A stretch of DNA of 64,000 bases, taken from a virus (lineage: Duplodnaviria > Caudoviricetes). The position numbers and the translations under genes are program-made. This document shows positions 49,043-59,134 of the stretch, piece after piece (the first letter of the stretch is position 1; each line of letters starts with the position of its first letter). The stretch covers positions 36,815-100,814 of the IMG/VR virus record IMGVR_UViG_3300029305_002725; one strand, 5' to 3'. The notes beneath the pieces are model-generated. The model saw nothing but the letters and a program-made list of their open reading frames with translations. It searched no databases and was not told the origin of the DNA.

Positions 49043-49777
49043 TTGATGCCTGATAAGATATTTAAAATTCATGATGGAAGAACAAATTTCTGGCAATGGG
49101 ATACACAACAAAAATTAATCGTCTTAGATGAAAATATTACAGAAGTTCGTTTTTCCAACAGAAATATGGATCATTCAAAACGTAGAATTGTTTATACTGA
49201 CAATGATAATAATAGGGTTTGCAATGTACCAGACATACTATTACAACTACCAAAGGATTTAATGGTATACGCCTGTATAAAACAAGATAATAAGTCTTTT
49301 CGTACTGTTAAGGCAGAGAAATTTGAGGTGTATAGACAGCCAATTCCATCTGATTATATTTGTGAGCAAGATGCGGCAGTTGATGCGATTCTTGGTAGAT
49401 TAGAAATGTTAGAAAATCTTATTGAAGATATTAAAAATGGAAGCCAAGAACTTAAGAGGTTTGACAATATAGTTGATGCAGCAAAATGGGCGGTGACTAA
49501 CGGCACTGCTGGTAATATTGTTGTTGTTTATATAGAAGATAAGTGGGTTCCCCATGTTATTGAGGGAGATTTTACTTTATCTGCTATTTGTGATTGTAGT
49601 GGCGAAATGATGAATATAGGTACTTATGTACCTAGACTTGAACATGATAAATTAATTTTTGAACTAAAAGACACTCCTGATGAAGAAAAGATTGTTATTG
49701 ATATTGACAGAACTAATGAGTGGGGTACTATTGAAACCGCCAATGATACTAATTATATTTGGGAGTATTTGGAATAA
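49043..49777 (+). CDS. putative fibre anchor B
   Basis: Paralog of 42498 with a different C-terminus. Confidence 0.6.
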   Translation: MMPDKIFKIHDGRTNFWQWDTQQKLIVLDENITEVRFSNRNMDHSKRRIVYTDNDNNRVCNVPDILLQLPKDLMVYACIKQDNKSFRTVKAEKFEVYRQPIPSDYICEQDAAVDAILGRLEMLENLIEDIKNGSQELKRFDNIVDAAKWAVTNGTAGNIVVVYIEDKWVPHVIEGDFTLSAICDCSGEMMNIGTYVPRLEHDKLIFELKDTPDEEKIVIDIDRTNEWGTIETANDTNYIWEYLE

Positions 49778-49840
49778 TATTATGAGTAGAAATGATAAAA
49801 TCGTATTTCTATAAATTGATTTTATGAAAGGAGAAAACAA

Positions 49841-50344
49841 ATGGCAAATAATAATGTGCGTTTTATCAATGTTAAATTACAAGAGACTTATGATTCTTTA
49901 CTTCAAAAGGATGCTAGTACACTTTATTTTGTTCAAGAAACAAATAGATTTTACCACGCTGACCGCCTAATGGGTACTGGTGCATTGGTTGGAGAGATTG
50001 CCGGTTTAATGTCTCCAGAAGACAAGAAAAAACTTGATGAATTAGTATCTAGCTCCACTTCTGGTTTGTCGCCGGTGGCGGGTGATGGTATTGTTATTAG
50101 CAATAATGTTATTGAAGTTAATATTTCTGATAATGCACATGGTCTAACTGCTGTCGATGGTGCTCTGACCATTAAACTCGCAACAGCAGAAAGAGACGGT
50201 GCTATGTCTGCCGCAGATAAGGCAGCTCTAGACTCTTTGGTCGCACTTGGTATTGTTGATAATTACGCCACTAGAACAGAAGTACAAGCTATTTTTGATA
50301 AAATTACATCTGTTGAAGAATCTTACACTTGGGGTGAGATATAG
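49841..50344 (+). CDS. fibre segment protein
   Basis: TLYF..ET, GLMS.EDK.KLD and GAMSA.DK fibre repeats. Confidence 0.6.
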   Translation: MANNNVRFINVKLQETYDSLLQKDASTLYFVQETNRFYHADRLMGTGALVGEIAGLMSPEDKKKLDELVSSSTSGLSPVAGDGIVISNNVIEVNISDNAHGLTAVDGALTIKLATAERDGAMSAADKAALDSLVALGIVDNYATRTEVQAIFDKITSVEESYTWGEI

Positions 50345-50377
50345 TTTATAATACAATTTTATAGGAGGAAAATAAAC

Positions 50378-51937
50378 ATGGCATTACTGAGATTTTTGAA
50401 GGGTAATTATAACTCCCTAAGCTCTGCCACTATTACAGAGGGTCAGGTGCTAATTTGTGGTGACACTGGTGAGATGTTTGTTGACGTTGCTGCCGACAAG
50501 CGTGTAAAAATCGGTGATTTCGTTGTTGTGTCTAATCTAGCGGCACTAGAGATGTTGGATGCGTCTGCTGTTCCTACTTCTAGACTTTATTATGTTGAAG
50601 ATGGCAATATTTTAGCACGCAGCAATGGAACCACCTGGATCCAAATAAACAAGCAGCAAACCCTTTCTGAACTAGGCGGTGTTGCTAAGTCCGTTTATGA
50701 GGAAAAAGTTGTATCTCTAGAGAAAGCAGACACTGACAATGCTAATGCAATTGCTGACGTTGACACTAGACTTAAGACTGCTGAAGATAAGCTAAAGTCC
50801 GTTGCAACCACTGAGGGTCTAGGCGATTTGGCAGACACTGTTGCTGAACATGCAACCGCTATTGATATTATTAATGGCACTGTTGAAACTGAAGGCTCTA
50901 TGCTAAAGATTGCTAAGGATACTGCAGACTTAGCTATCAGCAACAAGATTGGCGACGTTGAAGATGGCAAGACTATTGTTGATATGATTGCCGAGGTGCA
51001 GTCTTCATCTGGTTATGACGACGAAGAAATTCGTGGTTTAATTAATGATAATGCCGAAGCTATTGATCAAGAAATTTCTGATCGTGAAGGTGCAATTTCT
51101 GACTTGCAAAGCGAGTTGGAGGATCAGATTAGCAGTAAGGTTGCACAGTCTGATTATGATGATAAGGTTGCTGAATTAGTTGCCGAGGATGAAAGACTAT
51201 CTGGTCTAGTCAATGGTAATGCTGCTGCTATTGAAGAGCTAGGCGGTGAGATTGACACTCTAGTTGGTGACGATGCTGGCAAGTCTATTCGTACTATTGC
51301 TAATCAGGAACTAGCTGCTCAACTAATTCCTGAAAGTGCAGCTGAAGCCCTAGATACTTTACATGAGATTGCAGCTTGGATTCAGGAGCATCCCGATAGT
51401 GCTTCTGCTATGAACGCTGCTATTGGGACTCTACAGGATAAGGTAGATACTGGTGATCAGACCGTGTCTGCATATGTTACTGCTGTTATCGAGGCTTTAA
51501 ATATTGGTGACTATGCTAAAGCTACAGAACTAGCCGCTGCCATTGAGCGCATTACTGCTCTAGAATCCTCTTCTGCTACTCATGCAACTAAGACTGAGAT
51601 GCAGAGCGTTGCTGATGATCTAGATGCTTATAAGCAGAATCATAATACCGATTATGACAATGACACTATTGACGCTAAGGTTAAGGGTGTTCAGGATCAG
51701 ATTGATGCTCTTGATAATACCTATGCTACTGATGCAGAGCTAACATCTGCTATTAATGCAGAGGTTGAGCGTGCTAATGGTGTTTATGCTGACAAGACTA
51801 TTGTTGATAGTCATACAAGTAACACAGATATTCATGTTACTACTGCTGACAAAGAAAAGTGGAATTCTGCACAAGAAAACGCAGAAAAAACTGCAAATGA
51901 TGCTCTAATAGCAGCATTGTCCTGGAGTGAGTTTTGA
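50378..51937 (+). CDS. coiled-coil fibre protein
   Basis: LDTL.EIAAWI.EH motif; heptads; shares KVDTGD..VS.YV...I.AL.IGDYAKA with 45164. Confidence 0.7.
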   Translation: MALLRFLKGNYNSLSSATITEGQVLICGDTGEMFVDVAADKRVKIGDFVVVSNLAALEMLDASAVPTSRLYYVEDGNILARSNGTTWIQINKQQTLSELGGVAKSVYEEKVVSLEKADTDNANAIADVDTRLKTAEDKLKSVATTEGLGDLADTVAEHATAIDIINGTVETEGSMLKIAKDTADLAISNKIGDVEDGKTIVDMIAEVQSSSGYDDEEIRGLINDNAEAIDQEISDREGAISDLQSELEDQISSKVAQSDYDDKVAELVAEDERLSGLVNGNAAAIEELGGEIDTLVGDDAGKSIRTIANQELAAQLIPESAAEALDTLHEIAAWIQEHPDSASAMNAAIGTLQDKVDTGDQTVSAYVTAVIEALNIGDYAKATELAAAIERITALESSSATHATKTEMQSVADDLDAYKQNHNTDYDNDTIDAKVKGVQDQIDALDNTYATDAELTSAINAEVERANGVYADKTIVDSHTSNTDIHVTTADKEKWNSAQENAEKTANDALIAALSWSEF

Positions 51938-51956
51938 TTAAAACTAAAAAACATAT

Positions 51957-51985
51957 GGGCTAGTGGGGAAACTCACTAGCCTTTT
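51957..51985 (+). terminator. intrinsic terminator
   Basis: GGCTAGTG-gggaaact-CACTAGCC-TTTT. Confidence 0.75.
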
Positions 51986-52116
51986 ATAAAAAACGTATTT
52001 TAACATATTTAAATTTGAAAATAATAGTTAGGTTTTATGGACGGTTAGAGACGCATAAACTAATTTTTACATAAAGCTAACAAAAATCTGTCTTTAGAAA
52101 GGATTGATTGTAGAGC

Positions 52117-52521
52117 ATGGCACTTTTTAAAATTTTCAAGGGCTTAAAAGCAAATTTGCCATCGACAAAAACCGCTGGTTATTGCTGGTATACCATTGAT
52201 GATTCTTTGTTTTATATTGATTATGAAGATGAGAATGGCGTTGTGCAACGTAAAGCCCTAAATAGTCAAGATGCACAAACTTTGTGCGGTGCGTCCTTGT
52301 CTACAATTGTAACTGAAAGTGATTCAAAAATACCTACATCTCAAGCCGTACTTTCTGCAATTGCGGCAGCTGTTAGTAATGCAATTAATAATTTAAATAC
52401 AACGATTCAGGCAAAATTAAATGATAAAGCGCCAAAATATACTTATGGTACAACAGATTTAATTGAAGGCACGAGCACCCTTCCTGCAGGAACATTATAT
52501 TTTTATTATACAACAGATTAA
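52117..52521 (+). CDS. fibre adaptor protein
   Basis: LFKI.KG...LP N-motif shared with 53494; ends YTYGT.DL..G.S.L..GTLYF. Confidence 0.6.
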   Translation: MALFKIFKGLKANLPSTKTAGYCWYTIDDSLFYIDYEDENGVVQRKALNSQDAQTLCGASLSTIVTESDSKIPTSQAVLSAIAAAVSNAINNLNTTIQAKLNDKAPKYTYGTTDLIEGTSTLPAGTLYFYYTTD

Positions 52522-52541
52522 TTAGAAGAAGGTGTTGTATT

Positions 52542-53366
52542 ATGAGTAAAACATACATTAGTCCTTCTAGTACAGCTTGTTTAGTTAATAAAATATATTT
52601 AGGTGATCCAAGTAAATCAATTGCACGTGCGGTTAAAAAGGCTTATATTGGAGACGAAAATAATAAGGCACAATTAATATTTATTTATACCTCATGGTCT
52701 TGTAGTGATCCAGTGTTATATTCAACGGCTACTGATCAAACTGGTAGTATATCCGGGTATAGTAATTTTGAGTTTGATAATGAAACTGGATATTTTACTT
52801 TATTAGGATCTGCAACTGATTATACTTTAGCAAATTTATATGTTAGTGGTGCATGTGTTTACACGGAAACATATCATGCACCTGGTATGCAATATATGGT
52901 GCTACAAAAGGTCTCTGACATAAAATCTACTCCAATGTATACTTATGACATATGGGCGATGACAAAGGCTCGTGGAGAAGATAAAATTAGATATGAGGAA
53001 AATGATACTGTAACTGGATACACTGCACTTACAAAGGGTGGAGGTGCTTCTGGTCCAACATTTAACTTATCTGGGTATTTTAACACGGAATTTTTCGAAC
53101 AGTTTGGAGAAGACGGTGGGACTTATTATACAATAGACCGTTCAGAACCAGGCTATTATGAATGGACTGTAACTTATAATCCAAGTAATTGGGGATATAC
53201 CCAGTCATACGTGCATCATTATCCAATTCAGTCAAGTGAAACATTTAGTAGTAAACAAATTGTTGGTTGGAATGTGACTAAAGACGTGTATATGAATAAT
53301 GAAGTAATTGGATCAAAGAATTTATATACCATTGAGACATATAGAATAATCGCAATGGAAAACTAA
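52542..53366 (+). CDS. putative receptor-binding tip protein
   Basis: V.KIY.G...AR.VKKAYIG N-motif; Tyr/Thr-rich variable domain. Confidence 0.5.
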   Translation: MSKTYISPSSTACLVNKIYLGDPSKSIARAVKKAYIGDENNKAQLIFIYTSWSCSDPVLYSTATDQTGSISGYSNFEFDNETGYFTLLGSATDYTLANLYVSGACVYTETYHAPGMQYMVLQKVSDIKSTPMYTYDIWAMTKARGEDKIRYEENDTVTGYTALTKGGGASGPTFNLSGYFNTEFFEQFGEDGGTYYTIDRSEPGYYEWTVTYNPSNWGYTQSYVHHYPIQSSETFSSKQIVGWNVTKDVYMNNEVIGSKNLYTIETYRIIAMEN

Positions 53367-53493
53367 TTTTTTAAATACGTAGTAGTTCATATATTTTGGC
53401 AATCTTATATTTAAAAAGATTTATCTTCAGAGTTGCTTATTAGCATATTATAGTTATATTTTTAAAATAATAAATAAGAAAGGGTGATTTATA

Positions 53494-55113
53494 GTGTCAT
53501 TGTTTAAAGTAAATCGTGGTAATGAAATTGATCTTCCAACTGAATTAAATGATGGATGGATATATTTTTGTGTGGATACTGGTAGAATTTTAATTGATCA
53601 TTATAACTCCACCAACAATCTTGTTCGTTCTAAAGTCAATGCAGAATGCGCAGATACACTCCGCTATGTTCAAGATGGAGAAACTATTGAGCTGACTCCA
53701 CAAGACATCAATATTGCTCTTAATAATAAAGCTGATAAAACAGAAACTTCAGATTTAAATGATAGGATTGATGATGTAGAAAATAGTATTAATATTACTA
53801 ACCAAACACTAAATGGTGTTTCTCAAGAATTTGAAAGTTATAAAACAACCAATAACGATGCTGTTTCTACAAACGCCAGTGGTATTGCGAGTAATAAGGA
53901 TGCTATCGAAGAAATTCAAGGCGATTACTTAATGTCAACTGACAAAACACAGCTACAAGACGATATCTCAAAAGTATCTGAAAAGGCTACTGCAAATGCA
54001 TCTGCAATAGAAATCTTAAATGGCGAAGGTGATGGATCTGTTAAGCAATCTATTGATAATGCTTTTAATGAATTTGCTGCAAATGTGACAAACGATGATG
54101 TAGTTAATACCTATAAAGAGTTGATTGATTATGCTGCAACACATGGTCCAGAATTTGTTGCTCTTGTAGGCGAGGTTGATACTATTGACTCACACGTTGG
54201 TGAAATCGAAGCAGGTTTTATTGAGTATCAAGATGATGTTTCTGAACGATTTACCGAGGTTGATACAATAATTAATAATCACGTGGATAATACGAACAAC
54301 CCTCATGGTGTAACAAAAGAGAGCATCGGTCTTTCAAATGTTGATGATACGTCGGATATGAATAAGCCAATTAGCAGTGCCATGCAGGCAGCCTTGGACG
54401 AAAAGGCAGATATAGGACATGTTCATGATAATATATACTATACAAAGGATGAAGTTACAGAAGTTATTAATGAGCATGCTTCTAATATAGAAAATCCTCA
54501 CGATGTCACAAAAGAACAAATTGGTCTTGCGAATGTTGACAATACATCTGATATGGACAAACCAATTAGCTATGCTACACAGGCGGTTTTGGATGAAAAG
54601 GCAGATGCAAACCACGATCATGATAATGCATACTATACAAAGGATGAATTGTCAGAGATGTTCGAACTGATTACCATTGATGATATTGATACTATATGTT
54701 TAGGGCCAATTATATCATTTACAATAGGTGATACGTTATATAGGGCAATAGAAGGTATGACATGGGCTGAGTGGGTAGATAGTAGATTTAATACAGGTAT
54801 GTGGTACATTGGTAGTGAAACATATATAGAAAGGCAAGAGGGAACAATTTCAGGTGTAGCGACAACTGATGTAATAATGCCGAACAATGCCTATACCATA
54901 TCTGTAGGGAAGACTATATCATTTACAATAGGTGATACGTTATATAGGGCAATAGAAGGTATGACATGGGCTGAGTGGGTAAAAAGTGGATATAATGTAG
55001 ATGGATGGTACGTTAGTGGTGAGTATGTAGATGGCCCAGATTGCACAATGCCTGGCGTATTTGCAACTGATGAAATCATACCAGATAATGTCTATCAGGC
55101 ATTTTATTGGTAA
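53494..55113 (+). CDS. fibre protein with internal repeats
   Basis: 2x H..N..NPH.VTK..IGL.NVD.TSD..KPIS; 2x ISFTIGD..Y.AIEGMTWAEWV. Confidence 0.7.
   Translation: MSLFKVNRGNEIDLPTELNDGWIYFCVDTGRILIDHYNSTNNLVRSKVNAECADTLRYVQDGETIELTPQDINIALNNKADKTETSDLNDRIDDVENSINITNQTLNGVSQEFESYKTTNNDAVSTNASGIASNKDAIEEIQGDYLMSTDKTQLQDDISKVSEKATANASAIEILNGEGDGSVKQSIDNAFNEFAANVTNDDVVNTYKELIDYAATHGPEFVALVGEVDTIDSHVGEIEAGFIEYQDDVSERFTEVDTIINNHVDNTNNPHGVTKESIGLSNVDDTSDMNKPISSAMQAALDEKADIGHVHDNIYYTKDEVTEVINEHASNIENPHDVTKEQIGLANVDNTSDMDKPISYATQAVLDEKADANHDHDNAYYTKDELSEMFELITIDDIDTICLGPIISFTIGDTLYRAIEGMTWAEWVDSRFNTGMWYIGSETYIERQEGTISGVATTDVIMPNNAYTISVGKTISFTIGDTLYRAIEGMTWAEWVKSGYNVDGWYVSGEYVDGPDCTMPGVFATDEIIPDNVYQAFYW
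54711..54981 (+). repeat. 67-bp identical intragenic direct repeat (54711-54777, 54915-54981)
   Basis: TATATCATTTACAATAGGTGATACG...GGGCTGAGTGGGTA. Confidence 0.9.
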
Positions 55114-55130
55114 ATAAGGAGGTAAGATAT

Positions 55131-55835
55131 ATGACAAACTCTTCAATTTTAGATGCTTTTGAAAGATTTTGGGAACATGTAACTACTGCTCTTGGTAAAA
55201 AATCCGATATTGACCATACTCATGCTATAATTCCAAGAAATTTAATTGATAACTCTGATTTTACAAACCCTGTCAATCAGAGAGGGCAAACATTATATAG
55301 TATTTACAACAATGGCATGACGATTGATAGATGGAAACTTGGCAGTTCGTCACCGGTATCTGTGTCTGTAATTGTGAATGAAAATGGTTTAACGGTTAAT
55401 TTCAATAACTCACCTAATCCTTTTGCAACCATGAGACAACGCATTCCAGAAGGTTTACTTTCGCCTGATAAAAAGTATACTTTTGCAGTCTATTATGCTA
55501 GTAAAGGATTGAGAGTTAGTGATCACAGCGCAAACAGCGTAAGCACCTATCCGCGGATAGATAAATACGGTGATACTTATTACGCGGAATTTTCTATGGA
55601 AGAGGATGAAACGGTTGTTTGGGCAGCGCTCTACGAGGGGGAATATACCGTAGATACGTTACCTGAGTATCAACCAAAGGGATATGGTGCGGAATTATTG
55701 GAATGTCAGAGATATTACCAGATTCGCTCCACAAACAACGTTCCAGCAGTTGATATGCGTCCTACAATGATAAGTAGCTCTCCAACCATTACTTCTGTGA
55801 GTGGTGGATATGCCTATTCTGTGGAAGGATTTTAA
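55131..55835 (+). CDS. tail-fibre tip / carbohydrate-binding-like protein
   Basis: NLIDNSDF..PVNQRGQ...IDRW...Y..ELLECQRYY family motif. Confidence 0.7.
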   Translation: MTNSSILDAFERFWEHVTTALGKKSDIDHTHAIIPRNLIDNSDFTNPVNQRGQTLYSIYNNGMTIDRWKLGSSSPVSVSVIVNENGLTVNFNNSPNPFATMRQRIPEGLLSPDKKYTFAVYYASKGLRVSDHSANSVSTYPRIDKYGDTYYAEFSMEEDETVVWAALYEGEYTVDTLPEYQPKGYGAELLECQRYYQIRSTNNVPAVDMRPTMISSSPTITSVSGGYAYSVEGF

Positions 55836-55869
55836 GTTATAAAACAATGTAAATAAGGAGGTTAGTCTT

Positions 55870-56829
55870 ATGAGTGTAAAAATTGGACACGCTTCCATTG
55901 ATGAAAATGGTAAGGCATCTGGTGGAAACGCTGGAGACTCTACAAAGAAAGAAGTATGTGTGAGAGGCTGGTATAATGGTGGATGGCACACTGTCCTGAG
56001 ACCTAAAAATAGTAATATTGCAGAGAAATCTGCTATTGCGTGTGAGAATGCTTGTGCCAACGATAGAATTGGATATGACCAATATCAGCGCAATACCTTA
56101 TATGCAAAGGCAAAAGCAGTCGGGTTTGATATTGCTAAAATTATCGATTCTTGTGAGACTGACTGTTCTGCTCTTATGCATGTATGTGCTATTGCTGGAG
56201 GGGCCAATTTATCTTATGGTTCAAATGGTTTTACCACTCGTAATATGGTTAGTGGTTTTTATAATTCTGGAGATTATGAAAAGTTAACAGATTCTAAGTA
56301 TTTAACTTCTGATCAATACCTAAAAAGAGGAGATATTCTAGTTAAAAATGGACATACTGCCATGGTGTTGGAGAATGGTTATAAGGCAGGAGCAAGCACA
56401 CCTGCAATTAAACCAGAAACTTCTAATACTGGTGAAATAGTTTATGTTGTTAAAGCTGGAGACACACTTTCTAAGATTGCTATGCAATATAACACTACAT
56501 ATCAGGAGTTGGCAAAGTATAACGACATTTCTAATCCGAATATTATTAGCGTTGGGCAGAGTATTAGAATTCCAGGAGATAATCCTGTTGTGATAACTCC
56601 TAATTCAAATTGGACTCCTCAGGTTGGTGATATTGTTACTTTTAGTGGCACAAAGCATTATGCAAGCGCAAATGCTATAATTGGTCTTTATTGTAAGAGT
56701 GGTAAGGCGAAGATTACTCAAATTTATAAGCCTGAGTCAGCAAAACATCCATATCATCTTGTTAGAATTGCTGGTGGCGGATCATCTGTGTATGGATGGT
56801 GCGATCGTGATAGTTTTTCTAAGGCTTGA
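55870..56829 (+). CDS. endolysin: NlpC/P60-like peptidase + LysM + C-terminal wall-binding domain
   Basis: IGYDQ.QR.TL, DCSA, GDIL...GHTA; LysM YVVKAGDTLSKIA...NPNII.VGQ.IRIP. Confidence 0.85.
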   Translation: MSVKIGHASIDENGKASGGNAGDSTKKEVCVRGWYNGGWHTVLRPKNSNIAEKSAIACENACANDRIGYDQYQRNTLYAKAKAVGFDIAKIIDSCETDCSALMHVCAIAGGANLSYGSNGFTTRNMVSGFYNSGDYEKLTDSKYLTSDQYLKRGDILVKNGHTAMVLENGYKAGASTPAIKPETSNTGEIVYVVKAGDTLSKIAMQYNTTYQELAKYNDISNPNIISVGQSIRIPGDNPVVITPNSNWTPQVGDIVTFSGTKHYASANAIIGLYCKSGKAKITQIYKPESAKHPYHLVRIAGGGSSVYGWCDRDSFSKA

Positions 56830-56911
56830 TTTTTGTAATTATTGACGTACTGTAGGAGATGGCTTCGGCTCTCTCTTATTTCATTTGTTTAAAAATAAAG
56901 GGGATGGTAAT

Positions 56912-57823
56912 ATGAAGAATGAAAAAATTATATGGGATTTTTTTAAATCAAAAGGATTAAATGATTATGCTTGTGCGGGAATTGTTGGTAATGCTTATGC
57001 TGAGAGCGGATGCATTCCTACTAACCTAGAAAATGCATATGAAAAAAGATTTGGAATGTCTGACAATGACTATATGAATGCCGTAGACAATGGAACTTAT
57101 ACGAACTTTGTATACGATTGTGCAGGATGGGGAATTTTCCAATTTACATATTTTACACTTAAACAAGGTCTGTTAGACTATGCTCGTCAAACAAATAGAT
57201 CTATTGGCGACATCAATATGCAATTAGAATATAGCTGGTTATTGTTTGAAAAGAACTATGGTAAAATGTTACAGAAATTAAGATCTGCTACTTCTATACT
57301 TCAGGCTTCTAATGCCATTCTTTTAGATTTTGAGCGTCCAGCAGATCAAAGTGTAGCTGCACAACAAAAACGTGCAAGTTTTGGGCAAAAGTTTTATGAC
57401 CAGTATGCGGGTTGTAAAGTGGAGCAGTCACAAGAATCTATACAGGAAGTTCAAGTGAAGCCTACGTCAAATGATGAGATTTACACTGTTAAGTGTGGAG
57501 ACACTTTGTCTGGCATTGCCTTAAAATATAATACTACTTATAAAAAATTAGCCGAGCATAATAATATTGCTAATCCCAGTATTATTTATGTCGGACAAAA
57601 AATTAAAATCCCATGGGAGCCAGGAGTTGGAGATACAGTCGTATATAATGGAACCGTCCATTATACTAATGCTTATGCTAATATTGGCCCGAATTGTACT
57701 GGTGGTAAAGCAAAGATTACACAAATCTATCAATTAGGTAAATCAAAACACCCATATCATTTGGTTGGAATAGATTGCTCTGTACATGGATGGGTGGACG
57801 CTGGTACTTTTACAAAGTCATGA
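56912..57823 (+). CDS. endolysin: phage tail-lysozyme-like + LysM + C-terminal wall-binding domain
   Basis: AGIVGN..AESG, G..QFT, FERPA motifs; LysM; C-terminal domain shared with 55870. Confidence 0.85.
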   Translation: MKNEKIIWDFFKSKGLNDYACAGIVGNAYAESGCIPTNLENAYEKRFGMSDNDYMNAVDNGTYTNFVYDCAGWGIFQFTYFTLKQGLLDYARQTNRSIGDINMQLEYSWLLFEKNYGKMLQKLRSATSILQASNAILLDFERPADQSVAAQQKRASFGQKFYDQYAGCKVEQSQESIQEVQVKPTSNDEIYTVKCGDTLSGIALKYNTTYKKLAEHNNIANPSIIYVGQKIKIPWEPGVGDTVVYNGTVHYTNAYANIGPNCTGGKAKITQIYQLGKSKHPYHLVGIDCSVHGWVDAGTFTKS

Positions 57824-57835
57824 TGGAGGCGCTTT

Positions 57836-58114
57836 ATGGGTAGAAAGAAGAGAAAAAAGAATATGGAATTTTCTAAGAAACTCGTAATTGCAGTTGGGAT
57901 TATTAACGTTGTTGTTATTGGATTTTCAGTTGCGCTAATGTGGAGAACTATGGATGTCACACCACTTGCTTATTTAATTCCAGCCGTATCAGCAGAAATG
58001 GCTACCGCAAGTGGCTTTTATCTAAGTAAGGCTCGTCGAGAAAACATCTTAAAAATTATGAAATCAAACGGCATGGAAATTAATGAAAATACTATTCATA
58101 ATCTTTTAAATTGA
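57836..58114 (+). CDS. putative holin
   Basis: EFSKKLV, two TM helices, FY..KA..EN..K. Confidence 0.7.
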   Translation: MGRKKRKKNMEFSKKLVIAVGIINVVVIGFSVALMWRTMDVTPLAYLIPAVSAEMATASGFYLSKARRENILKIMKSNGMEINENTIHNLLN

Positions 58115-58139
58115 TTGTTGTTACAAAAGAGGAAATTGT

Positions 58140-59111
58140 ATGGAAGAATATATTGGAGGATATAAAGTATATCAAGGCAAATGTGGAAACAGGCACAAGA
58201 GCTTGATAGGACAAAAATTTGGTATGCTCACAGTTATTGCACGAGGAGAAAATAAAGGAAATAATCCTAGATGGATTTGCCAATGCGATTGTGGTGGTTA
58301 TTCTTTATCTATGACTGGAAACTTAAAACAGGGTATTTCAACGTCTTGTGGATGCCAAAGCAGTCGAAAACAAAGAAGTGGCTTTATAGATTTGATGGGA
58401 AAACGATTTGGAAGACTATTTGTATTGGAAGAGGCTTATACAATAAAGAAACGTATATATTGGAAATGTCGATGCGATTGTGGAACAGTGTGTTATGTAT
58501 GTGGTGATGAACTTCGACATGGTAAAACAAAATCATGTGGGTGTTTAAAAAGTGAAATGACGACAGAGAGGTGTCTTATAGACATAACAGGGCAACGTTT
58601 TGGAAAATTAGTGGTATTACATAGGGTTCCTACAATAAATGGAAAGTGGGTTACATGGAGATGCCAGTGTGATTGTGGAAACATTGTTGATGTTCCAAGT
58701 TGTAATTTAAGATATGGTTATTCAACATCCTGTGGATGCACAACATCGAAAGGTGAGGAGCGTATACTTCAAATATTAACAGAGCAAAAATTATCATTTA
58801 AGCCACAAGTTAAATTTACAGATCTTTTTGGTAAGAAATTCCCTCTTCGATATGATTTTGGCATATATAAAAATAGTTGTCTGTTATGCTTAATTGAATA
58901 TAATGGTGAACAACATTATCGGCCAGTAGATATTTTTGGTGGTGAAGAAGGATTTAAGATACGCCAAGAATATGACAGGCTTAAAGCTAACTACTGCAAG
59001 GATCATAATATTCCTTTGATTATTATTCCATATACTGAGTATGACAATTTAAGTTGTAATTTTTTATTGAATTTAATTAAACAAAATACAGGTTTTACAA
59101 TACAAAATTAA
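58140..59111 (+). mobile_element. free-standing putative homing endonuclease (paralog of 44168)
   Basis: 3 zinc-ribbon repeats, SKGE, LRYDF, IEYNGEQH, IPL.IIPY. Confidence 0.75.
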
Positions 59112-59134
59112 TTATTTGAAAAGGAGAGACGAAT

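Noticed and set aside
33209-55113. Diversity-generating retroelement acting on RBP tips (Mtd_N domains and repeats are suggestive)
   Set aside because: No reverse transcriptase or non-coding template repeat in the window; differences between the repeat copies compared are not adenine-specific. A DGR elsewhere in the genome cannot be excluded.
44168-59111. Group I introns around the endonuclease genes
   Set aside because: Flanking genes have their own stops, starts and SDs; spacers are too short for an intron core.
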